Positions 41,601 to 52,537 of a stretch of DNA of 64,000 bases are shown piece after piece. Both the position numbers and the translations under genes were made by a program. Origin of the DNA: Takakia lepidozioides (lineage: Eukaryota; Plantae; Bryophyta); contig CM060733.1 of the NCBI GenBank assembly GCA_030704615.1, forward strand, positions 18,724,001 through 18,788,000. Reading direction: 5' to 3'. Under the pieces are notes generated by a model that was not told the DNA's origin, made no database searches, and worked only from the letters and a program-made list of their open reading frames with translations. Every line of letters starts with the position of its first letter. Position 1 is the first letter of the stretch.

Positions 41601-42523
41601 CCAGATCTCGAATCAGTTAGTTATTCGCATTGGCCGCAATAACTTATGGACCCATTAATGTTCGGAGGATTTCAGACTCCAACTTGAATTTATGCTCTGG
41701 AGGACACATAATAGCCACTAGATTACACGAAAGAGCATATCCAGTGCGACAATTTGTCGATCTATGACACTCCAAACGCACCTCTGTAATGTGAACATGT
41801 CGACCTCGTACTGTTTGACAATCCGTATAAGAGCCTGCCCTGTGCACGCATGCCATTTTTTCCCTCTCAGTTGCTCTGGCTCGTTGATCTTCAGGACTGT
41901 CTGTTTTACGTTCATTCTTCCCTTTGTACTCGTTTCAATATTGAGAGCCTCTCCACTTCAACTGGGTTTCTCTTCTGTCTCTCTGTTCCTTTGTTCCCAT
42001 CCACTATCTGCAAAGATCTTACATACACACCCGACCGTTTTATGTACTTCGAATGACCACTTGCACTACAGCTGTTTCGTTCATCCATGTTTCATCCATT
42101 TGCTGACTTGTCATCCAAAAGTCGTCTACCATTATTCATCCGTCCTTCATTTCATCCATATGAACCACGCACGACCGTCGATGTGGTTCTATTTCTGTTA
42201 TAGAGTCGTAGACAATATTGTGCATTCGAGTCGTAGCTTTAGCAGATCCTTTAAGTTTCTACAAATTTTTGTTTCGACCAATAGAGACCTACGTTCTACA
42301 TTCTAGTAGACAATCCGAGAGTCTGAGTTCTATTTTCAATATCCAAATCATTATAACCCTAAACGCGGGCGATCACGCGAGGTTCCTTTTCATCTTCATC
42401 CTCAGTTTTTCTAAACAAACTTCAGTAACTTATTGTTTCACTCTTTCTTAGTGTCCATCGATATAGTGCCGAATCATTAATCACCAGAATCTCTATTGTA
42501 GGATACACGCGCGATCATGCGAG
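29617..42523. repeat. About 14 dispersed copies of palindrome CACGCGCGATCGCGCGTG
   Basis: At ~29617, 30126, 30575, 32109, 33187, 38898, 39089, 39767, 39860, 40002, 40123, 40277 (perfect 22 bp), 42363, 42506. Confidence 0.9.
30730..38834 (-). pseudogene. Gene A: multi-exon gene with partial ParB-like region, methyltransferase-like remnant and three FCP1/NIF-like HAD domains
   Basis: IDISRMELAP..YRPLNINH; ELRAE..SLFCGEG.AAVNVFGG; HAD repeats VLDVGF..ILWNT..TLLID, IIFDINGVL..GIWSC..TLLIDD..NP, LVLSVNGLL..RPGVLEFL..VAIWSC..LLVDDDP.K...NP; linked by short GT-AG introns; several stops. Confidence 0.6.
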
Positions 42524-45025
42524 GTTCGTGGAAATGTCGTTGTTCCAAACTGGTCAACCATCATGGCAAGGAATGAGTCGTTTACAAGCTCGCATCTGCA
42601 TTCTTGGTTGATTCGGGATGGGTGTTCCACTGCGTCGTATGGCTCAAACTTCCCCTTGCGTTTGCGATCCTTGGTTGCAATTGGGGTCTGGGAACCAACA
42701 CCTACTACAACATCCCCTTGGGCGCTCTTCTCCTTCCCTTTGTCCTTTGTGCCCTTTCCCTTCCCCTTCCCTCTCGTCGGAGTGTGTGTGGCTGCAGGTT
42801 TCTTCTCAACGAGGTTTCGTAGGTTTCTGTCATGCAGTTCCCTGTCTGTTAGAGGAGCCAAGGACTCGGCATTGTCGTTCTGGTTCTGTGTCTGCAACTC
42901 ATACCATGGGCAATCTGATTTTGGTATGTCGAGCCAGCAGCAGTCTTTGAGGTGATATGTACCGTAATCCCTGAGGATTGCTGCAGTGTACATGGTGTGG
43001 CTGTTGGAGGAGTCAGCCCACAAGTCGATGAAGCCTGGGTACTTGCTTAGGTTGTTCCCAGGAATCAAAACGTTCTTGATATACCTACAAAACAATGTAG
43101 GCACAGTATCAGAAAGTGGATGAGAAACTACATGATTTGTGGCCAGAACTGATAATATGAAAAACCAGATAGGGAACGGGTCTCCAAGAAACGAACCTGC
43201 ATTCAATGAGACATAGGGAAAATAGTCTAGAGATCCAACCCTCCAAAATGTGTGCGTTGACGCACTCAATTGTGGAGGGCCATAAAGGAAGAATGTGATC
43301 CTGCTTAGTTCAAATGACCCACCTGTACAGGACCCTTTTCATGGCTCCCTCGGATCCAAACTGCTGCTTGAACTCTTTTGTCCGGGATATGCCCCCCTCC
43401 TTGGCGAACTCTCTGAGGAAACAGTTACTCCACGCTGTCGCCTTCCACTGTCTCAAGTAATCCTCCATAGTATCTTCGGGCAAGGTCATCGTTATCTTGT
43501 AAGCATGTAGCTGCTTCTCCAGCACCTGGTTTGCACGAGCTTCAATCTGTGAACAGACAGAATACAAACGTTAAAGTCCATACTAGGGAAGATTCTTTTG
43601 TAAATTCAACATATGGCAGTCCACAACATTACCTGGCTCCAGTACGTGGCTTTGTGCAGCCAGGTATCGAAAACTTGATCGCTGAATGGCCTGATGTGGC
43701 CAGTATTTTCGTCTCTTTCCCCCCTTGGGAAGCAATATGTGTCCTTCACTGTTGAGTCAGAATTCCAAATCTCCAACCATTTAACTTTCTGCTCGGAATC
43801 CACCACTGCAGTTGACAAACGATGCAGCTTTTCCTGTGTCATCTCTGGCTTCGTATTGTTGTTCTAGTGGTTCCTCACCTCATTCAAGAATTGAGGCCCA
43901 AAGGCAAGGTCTGCCATTCTCAGCTGTTTCACAAAGGCGCTCATGATCTTCTTCCGAGTCTCATTCATCTTTAACTTCATTGCTTCAGCCACTCCTTTCG
44001 ATGTTCTTATCCCCTCGAGGGTTTTGAAGTAGTACTCTATTTTGGCCCTCTCCCCAGCCTCCGCTATCTCTTGCTGCAAAAACCAATCCAAAATCAGATA
44101 GAAGAATAATTTGAATTGTACTAGAATATGGAAGTGCTAGGTGATGATATACTAACCGTGTATATGTATTCCATGAATGCTCCCCTTGTCAGCTTGTACC
44201 ATGTGTCCGAAGTTTTGGAGGTCCGGCATTTCGCGAAGGTTTCTGGACTGAGGATGCTCTTGAATGTGTTGAGGGGCATTTGGCCAATATTCTGGATCCT
44301 GAACAGGGTGTGTACCAGGTTTGTTGTAACATGGGCGGTTTCAGTTCCCCTACCACAAGCAGTGGTATGTCATGACATGTCCGATTTGACTCCCAAACAC
44401 ATGAGGGAAAGAACCGAGTTATTTCAGGAAAGACACTTACTTGTTCACGTCATGCATTGCTGTCAAGAGCGCAGTGATGTTTCCCTTGGGATCCAGCACC
44501 ATGGAGGCCACACAATAGTGCCACTCCTCCTCAGTGCTATGATACCTCGATATCATGTTCTGCCAGGCTAGCAATCGGTGGTTGTCATCCCAGACATGGA
44601 ACATCTTGCCTGAGAAAGCCTGTGTAACAAGCCTCTTGCAAATGCTTGATTCAAACTCCTCGTTGATACGTCGCCAAATTGGATCCCAGCCTCCAACAAT
44701 GGTCTCGTCTACTAAAACTTCCCTGCCATTGGCGTCGCCCAACGAGACGTAAAACACAGACTGACCCTCTATGTAGCCATGGCAAAAATCCTGTTCTAGC
44801 TTTGCAATGTCATTCGTGAGTGTTGGTCGGACGAACGGCATGGAGATCAACCTGCACAGTGGGATCATTAATTTACCCCCAGGAACGCCCATGGCCTTGA
44901 TGACTTGGGCAGAGTTCACTTTCGAGAACGACAACAGATCTTTTGCCCTGTCCTGGTATGGCCTGCCATCGTCTTCCTCCTCTACAACAACAAGTTCGTG
45001 CTCTTCGTCTTCATCCATCTCCAGG
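42493..45025 (-). pseudogene. Gene B body: ParB/sulfiredoxin-like N-terminal domain protein, multi-exon
   Basis: IPLCRL...VRPTL.NDIAKL...F..GY...FYVS...FHVWDDNHRLLAW (one transition from DGNHR); introns at ~44440-44353, 44157-44075, 43610-43550, 43320-43085. Confidence 0.65.
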
Positions 45026-47072
45026 CACTAGAAGAGAAACCGGCTTTTTCCACGGCTCTGCCATCTCACACCTGACACATTCCATGGCTTTTACCACAGG
45101 TCTGTAGAGTGAGCCAAGGTGTGGGTCAAAATATGCCCTAACTGTGGGGTGTCTCATATGTGATCCACACCCGAGGCAAGAACGGTGTGAAAACAGCCAT
45201 GAGTGTGGCGGGAGTTGGCTTAGTTTACATGGCATGTTACACACATGTGTGAAATGGGACCATAGAATTTCCACATTGTGGTGTATGGGGAGTTTGAGAA
45301 TGATGCCCTTGGAAAATGATTATGAACTTCATGTTCATGTTTAGAAATCTGCACGATGGGCTACTAGCAAGTGAAGAATCACCCCCTGCTACACCCCATT
45401 TTCAATCTCTACATTATGAAGTCTATAATGCCCTTGGTGAAATGAGCATGGGGATCGCATTCAAAGGTGGCCCCGTTCCGTTGCAACCTATGACACAACT
45501 AGGACAAATAGGCATAGGCATGATTTACACTTTTTGCCACAAAATCACTTGCATCATCCTTACGTTGAACTCCTTGTTTCTGTGACATGCTTGGACTTTG
45601 TCATCTCACACATCAAGGAAAAAACCAGAATATTTCGAAAAAATCCTAATCTAAATTTACTGACAAGTGTTCAAACCAGCCCAATGATAATCTATTTTAT
45701 TACCATTATCAAATGTTTGTCTACGTGGTGTTTTGGTTTTCTAGACAAGTCTGGTAGCAGGATTTTAGCCTCTGACCTAGAATGAATCAAAGTGCAAAAG
45801 GTTAAAAAGTCAAAAAGTTGCTAATAAGGTTGCCCATTAGGGTAATCGTGAACACAGAGGAGGGCTAGGACTTGGCGTTTTTTTTTGTCTCATGCGCCAC
45901 ACCATGTAGCCGAGGGATGGAACGCGATGATTGCAGGATATGCAGGGGCGTGGGATGGAGGCGTTGAGCAAATGATGTAGGAAGGATGAGATGAGGATGA
46001 GATAAGACGAGGAGAAGCTCGCAACATTCTTGCGAGCTCGCCGTTCTTGGGAGAGTTAGCTTGGTCTTAGCAGGCCGTGTTTCAATCTCTGCCTACTCAG
46101 CTGCACCGTGGTAGACCAATCCGACATTACCTGATTATAGACACAAGCAGCACACACAAGAGGTCCATTTGGGTTGATGCTCGGTCAAGTCATGACACAA
46201 GCTCAAGGACAATGTGGTGAGGGCACCTTCTTCTTTGACCTATTTCAGCCTGTTTTGCCCTCTCACATCATGTTTGTGTGCATTGCAATGCTTGTGCAAG
46301 CCTGGCAGCCCTTGAGAAGGGCAAAGAGGTGCATGGGGATATCATCAAAGCTGGAATTGTACCTAATGTCATTCTAAACACTGCCCTGGCAGCTCTAGAA
46401 AAGGGGAAGGAGGTCCGTGGTGACATCTTCAGAGCTGGAATCGTACCAAATGTCATTTTGAACAATACCCTAGTGGACATGTATGCAAAATGTGGGTGCA
46501 TCGAGGATGCAAAGGGAGTGTTCAACACTATGGTTGAACGAGATGTGGTGTCGTGGAGTGCGATGCTTGCGAGGTATGCACAACAGGGACGTGGGATGGA
46601 GGCTTTGGAGACCTATGAGCAAATGATGGGGGAAGGGGTTCAGCCTGGCCACATCATGTTTGTATGCATTGCAGGCCTGGCAGCCCTGGAGAAGGGTAAA
46701 GAGGTGCATGGGGATATCATCAAAGCTGGAATTGTATCTAATGTCATTCGAAACACTGCCCTGGCAGCTCTGGAAAAGGGGAAGGAGGTCCATGGTGACA
46801 CCTTCAGAGCTGGAATTGTACCAAATGTCATTTTGAACAATACCCTAGTGGACATGTATGCAAAATGTGGGTGCATCGAGGATGCAAAGGGAGTGTTCAA
46901 CACTATGGCTGAACGAGATGTGGTGTTGTGGTGTGCGATGCTTGCAGGGTATGCACAACAGGGACGTGGGATGGAGGCTTTGGAGACCTATGAGCAAATG
47001 ATGGGGGAAGGGGTTCAGCCCGGCCACATCATGTTTGTGTGCATTGCAGGCCTGGCAGCCCTGATTTAAATC
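45026..47072 (+). mobile_element. Left half of Pack-CACTA 2, starting at a left TIR
   Basis: AGG|cactagaagagaaaccggctttttccacggc matches the reverse complement of 23727-23757 with one mismatch; cargo 45790-47063 collinear with element 1. Confidence 0.85.
46278..47069 (+). CDS. PLS-class PPR fragment ORF (263 aa) built from a ~375-bp tandem duplication
   Basis: Two copies of [44 protein letters not shown]; no transit peptide or E/DYW domain. Confidence 0.75.
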   Translation: MHCNACASLAALEKGKEVHGDIIKAGIVPNVILNTALAALEKGKEVRGDIFRAGIVPNVILNNTLVDMYAKCGCIEDAKGVFNTMVERDVVSWSAMLARYAQQGRGMEALETYEQMMGEGVQPGHIMFVCIAGLAALEKGKEVHGDIIKAGIVSNVIRNTALAALEKGKEVHGDTFRAGIVPNVILNNTLVDMYAKCGCIEDAKGVFNTMAERDVVLWCAMLAGYAQQGRGMEALETYEQMMGEGVQPGHIMFVCIAGLAALI

Positions 47073-47199
47073 AGGCACCTCAACCATGACCACAGTTTCT
47101 AAAAGAGGATCAAGAGAGGGAGTCCATAATGCCTCTTCTGGCTCTTCTGGGCACGTGAAGATGCTTTGTGAGGCAGGCAGACTGAAAGAGGCTGTTGGA

Positions 47200-47640
47200 T
47201 ATTGGCAGTATTTCCCTTTGTACCGAATCATAACCTCATCAACCGTCACCATCTCCTTCATATAACAGCCGGGTAATTAACAAAAACTTTTATAGTACCC
47301 CAACCACCTCAATCCTATGGTCAACCCCTCTTAGTGGTGGCAGGCTGCTCGGTAAATCTTGCTCACAATTTACGGACATTATAAAGTGGCTTCTAGGCAA
47401 GCCCATGTCTAGGCCACCCTAGTCCGAGACTTCATTGTCTTTGGCGCTGTATACACATTGGTCTCTACATATTCGGACTAGCACGTGTGGCCTCCAAAAC
47501 AATATTTGAAAAAAAAAAGGTTGTGTAGCCAAACATTTGAGGTGAGTTACCCTAGACATAGGGCCATTGAATGCGTTTCGATTGCTGCAAAATGTGGTAT
47601 CCCCAAGTCCTAGGGCCAAACAATTTATCAAAAGATGGTG
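47200..47640 (-). pseudogene. piggyBac-like transposase remnant
   Basis: MVTVDEVMIRYKGKYC motif and upstream LFWRPHVLVRICRD..YSA segment. Confidence 0.6.
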
Positions 47641-48277
47641 AGACACAATTTTAACTAAATCTGAACTTTTGGCTTAAATCCGGATCAAACTTGATATACG
47701 ACAAAATTGAATTAATCAATAAATACTATTGAAAAATATCATCATTTAACTTAGAAACAAAGTCGAAGCTGTAAGGGCTTTGCCCACCAAAAATATATTG
47801 CAATAAAGTTAACCAGGGACCTCCCCTGTTAAAACCAAAAGAATAAAAAAGAATAAAAAATAAAAAAATCGAAGGGCTTAAAAAACTGTTGATTATTGAA
47901 ATTTTGTAGCAAGACTCTTAAGAAATTATCGTTATAGAAATTGGATGACATCTTAGTTGTAGTCAATTTAATTGTCAAGGGATTCATGATGCAATTGAGA
48001 TATCATTATATTTGTAACATGGTTGATGTTATAATTCGAGTCAAAACGTCAATATTGACAAGTTTGATCATTTGAATTGAAATTTCACCTAATTTGACAC
48101 TTAGCAATCAGGCTGCACATAATGATCATCACTTTATATTTCAGTTTAATAAAACGTTATCTCAATGTTGTTCTTGAAATTAATTATTAGCACCTGACTA
48201 TCTGTAACTCTTTTGTAGATAAAATTAATATTGTCAACACACAATTAGCAATGTTGTCGGACCTCTCCAGAGGGAAC

Positions 48278-49059
48278 ACACTAGACATAGGATGGGAGTT
48301 GAATGCGCGCGTGCTAGCCTCCCCGTACGGTCGCCGGAGCCGGCCCTTGGCGGGGCCCGCAGTCAAATCCCCACCCACGGCGCCCCTGAGTCGTGCCATT
48401 ATTGCCTGTCTAATAGTACAAAAGATTAGAAAACAAGTTTTGGTAAAGAAGCCTTGGGTAGCTTGGTGGCTGGGTGCTTTCATCAATATTGTGTGGGTGC
48501 TGAGTTTAAATTACACCCATGGTGTGATGGAAATTGTATGATTAAGAATTTGACGAACACATCAGTATTTTTTTGCATCTCCAAAAATTCTCCAAAAGTC
48601 CCTCAAGTGGATCTCCGCTCCCCTACTCCCAATTGCTGCTCCCCTGTGTGTCCGCTGCCCCTGTTGCCACTCCCCTGTTACCCCTGTGTTACTGCTCCCG
48701 GCTCCCTTGTGCTATTGCTCCCCTGTTTTACTGCTTCGCCGCTCCAATAACAGGGGAGCGGAGGAGAGGGGAGCAATAACAGGGGAGCGGGGAGCAATAG
48801 CAGGGGAGCGGAGAACAGAGGAGCAGAGGAGCGGGGAGCAATAACAGGGGAGCAGAGGAGTGGGGAACATGGGATCGGCGGAGCGGGAACAAGGGAGCGC
48901 CGTAGTGGGAACATGGAGTGCGGGACCCTTGGTGGGGCGTGAAGCATACACGAGGGAAGGGGGGGGTGGGGATTTGACCGCAGCCCACATGGGCCCGCCT
49001 GTTAGCTCCGGGGAGGCAAGCCTCGTACGTGCATTCAACTCCCATCCTATGTCTAGTGT
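48278..49059. mobile_element. MITE-like element with CACTAG-type TIRs and internal inverted GC-rich repeats
   Basis: 29-bp perfect TIR acactagacataggatgggagttgaatgc, imperfect to ~100 bp; ctcccctg / caggggag arrays at 48610-48900; no matching TSD. Confidence 0.85.
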
Positions 49060-49980
49060 AAATCTCTATAGACTGACCACTTAATGCCTAATAACATGAT
49101 AATATCTTGTTGTTCATATAATTAATTAACACACCCGCCCTACCAGCTGACAGATATCGTTTGATGCACATGGAAGACAGCCGCCACCCCATAGCATGAT
49201 CCATATCCTAGCACGCTACATTCAAAAGATTTCGCAACCCTAGGTACGAGGGCATGAAGACTAAAAATGAATAAGATCACATAGTAAAGCCTATAATCAT
49301 GCATTGCAAAGACTGCAAGCCTAAACTACACAAGTGTATACAGCTCCCACCAGGTCAAACTTAGGGCGCTAGGCTCAGCCCGTGGCACTGAAAATGAGGC
49401 TGCATTGCCCCAACGCAGATACGCGTAGGAGAAGCTGCAATGGACTCAGAGCTTCATGCAAAGCCATAGCAAGGTCTTTATGAGAGAAGAGAAATGGAAG
49501 GGAAGAAAGACCAAGGCATACGACCGCGGAAGTGGTTGTGGGTTCAATCCACTGATTGTGTCAAAAAGGTGTCCACCTTCCTGCCGGAAGGTAGTAGGCT
49601 TGGGGGTGAACTGACAACATAATTTCCGATTCCTTGGAAGGTGTCACATACATGTATGACCGCTGCAATAACACCACTTTGTATGCATAACTCGGACTCC
49701 AGAGGGTTTGTCCTTATCCCATAGATGTCCTACGACCTCAACAATTAGTTTCTGGCCAAATGCGGAACCGACAAACTGAGGGATTTTGTCAACAGAAGAG
49801 ACGTTTGATCAAAACAGGAAGACAACGGCAAATTGTTGGTTTTGTCGCTTTTTCCTTGTTCTTTCAGTGGACAAAATGTTGAATCTCCTCTATCCAATCA
49901 TCAATTACTTTATACATTGTTCACCTTTCAAACGGAAGGCAATAGTCCATATGGTGAAATTACGTTTGCTTCGGCAAGGC

Positions 49981-50210
49981 TTTTTTTTCCGAAAAGGGAA
50001 ACACACCTGGGAACGACAGCTCACAAATCAGGCCTCCCTTTTTTTTTTGGCCCCTTAATAGTGAGAGGATAAAATAACCTCTTTCGGAGTAACCGTGCCA
50101 TAGAGGCGTAGAAATTGGACAGCAACCAACACCCGTCAAGTAGCAGGATTTGACCCCAGAATCATTTGGGTGGCACTCAATGCACTAACCGACTGAGCTA
50201 CTGACCGTTG
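49981..50210 (-). mobile_element. tRNA-derived SINE, copy 2
   Basis: Reverse-complement homolog of 27796-28015 with a T-run tail. Confidence 0.85.
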
Positions 50211-52537
50211 GTCACATTTTGTCTTTTGGCTTGTCTCGGCAACAGCCTTCTCATCTCTATCCAATAGACTCTGAACAATAAAACAACAAGCCACAAACCG
50301 CGAGAGGCTCTGTCCATTGAAGCAACAATTTTGACAAGCTGCCACGTGGTATGTAATCAAAATCTTTCTTAGACCAATCATAATCTTGACACTGTGTAAG
50401 GTCCGTTGACCACAGTTTCTCCATTGACTTCAACATAATGCAAAGTCTCTGCCCTGAAGGGACACAGCCAATAAATATTACATCTCAAACAATCCAGCTA
50501 CCCAATATCAGTCTTAGACTCAGTATTAGATCATAACATTCTGTCAACTTTTAGGGACCATTCTTTAAAGCCCCCTTTCTCAGGTTCGAACCCAAGACCT
50601 GGGGCTTGCGGCCCCGGGTTCTCCCCACACCCTGTTTGTGGCCTTTACCCTAGACCTAAAAGTCCTCGTGGGGCCCTGGATGATAGTTATCAACGTCCAT
50701 AAGCCCAATCGTTTGTAGTTTGATCGCTGCTCAACCTGCCCTGCCTGTAGTTTGATCGCTGTACTTGTTAGTAGTTTCACTGTCCACTTCAACTCTCTAG
50801 ATTTCTCGTGTGGAGCTCCTCCACACTGAATCCAGGGACTCTCTCTTTTAAGTGTTTCTTGATTTTGTCTTCTAGATAGACGGGGGGATTCATTTTGTCT
50901 CCGAAATCCGAAGGGTTTTGCATTACATCAAACAAAGGCTGTACGCGCGCTTATGGAATTTTGATTCAGAATTGCATGAGGATGCGCTAGCTCCGGATTG
51001 CCATGCAGCTACCCATTCGTGGGTTCGACTAAAAAAGGGTAAGCTGTGCTGCTTTCTGTGAAGGACAGAGTCCAGGAAATCAAAGCTGAAGAAGCAGTGG
51101 TCAAGTGAACTAAAATCACTAAGATATGACAGGATGAGTGAAGACTGGTCATTGACTGTATAGTTAGCATCTGGAACTTTTCCACATTCTGAGAAGTTAT
51201 TGCTGAAGTCAGGTCTTTAGAATATCTAAGCGTTTTCAAATTATGTTTTGTAAGTCTAGCTGCGAACCGGTTGTGTTTGGAAGGAGATGATAGCAAGTTT
51301 GGCTACGTGCGTATACTACGGTCCTTTTTTAAGTTGAATGTCATTCTGTTGAGCCCTTCTACAAAATGGCACAATTGTAAACACGACTTTGGACCACAAC
51401 CCCATTTGACAATGGGAAAAGGGAAACATCTGCCGGACCAAAGTAGGGTGATTGTTTTGCAGGTGACAGAGCGCTTGATAAAGAGGGGAATAGTGACTGT
51501 AAACTATTCAACAGGCATTCCGGAACAGGGTCGCTGCAGGTGTGTAAAGGTTGATCTGATGATTTTTGCTGTGCGGGCGCTATGGTAAATCACGGGCTGT
51601 CATATATATAGCTGATCCTGTTTGTTCCGGCTGTCTGCAAGATTGTCTTTAGAAGCAACTCCTTCAAGGAGTTCTTTCCCATCTGTTATTTGGGTCCATT
51701 ATAATGAGTGGCATCCTCTCAAGTTAGCTTGTAGTCCCACCGATTAAGACAAGGCTAGATCTAGAATCGCTCGAGTTGTTGAAGCTGCGACGTAGAAAAT
51801 GTCAGAGTTCTAAATATTGTCGTTCGGTCATGTCGCACATAGAGATGAAATATTCTTCAACTGATTAGTCCAAACTGGCTGGGCTGGCCCGAATAGAACA
51901 AGACCTGCTAATCCACCGCTAAACACACGCCGACTTCGTGAGTGTCTTGAGTGCTCAAGTGATTTAATTCATGTAGATCAAAGATCATGACCGGCACTCA
52001 GATTTGTCTTGTCAAAATTGTGCCTAAGACTGCCAGTCTGTCTTTGAAACATGACTGACAGATGGAGTCCTTACCAACATTTTCAGGGTGCAGGTTGGAA
52101 TCGCTTGAATTGAAGCTCGGAGTTTGCATTTTCGTGGAAGGCCGCGTCGTGGAGCTTCTTTGCAACGTCGGCGATGTCCATAATGGAATGGTTTCGAAAG
52201 GTTGTTCTGAAATTTGTAAATGTTTCGTATTTAAAATTGTTGTTGACCCTGCTCGTCAGGAGCGGCTGCTACTCGCTACTAGGAGAACCTTTTTTGGTGC
52301 TCATTAGTAAATGTAACGACTGGTCAGTAGCTACTCCTTCAGCCCTGGCCTGCAGCTGCTGATCATCACTGAACCCAATCTGGAGATCAATTGCTTAAAT
52401 AACTATTGCGTTAGGTACCAAGCTTGCAGTAGGTATATCGGATTCGACTAAATACATATAATACTCGAAAGCCCATTTCTTTCCTGATTATATATGGAAG
52501 GCACTAACAGTGGATTGTTGTTTTACTGGTTGGCCTT

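Larger units (their letters stand above)
23758..45025. mobile_element. 21.3-kb circularly permuted multigene transposon-like segment
   Basis: AGG at both ends next to CACTA termini; end-joining restores an ORF; contains transposase, ParB-like and FCP1-like genes; own termini not located. Confidence 0.8.

Noticed and set aside
23758-45025. Bacterial plasmid or phage contamination suggested by ParB-like domains
   Set aside because: Genes have spliceosomal introns, a plant SINE is inserted and the junctions are with plant CACTA ends
23758-45025. Endogenous virus or Polinton
   Set aside because: No recognisable capsid, polymerase, packaging ATPase or helicase motifs in the ORF track
48570-49084. 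Pro/Leu/Cys-rich ORFs
   Set aside because: Translation of MITE internal repeats
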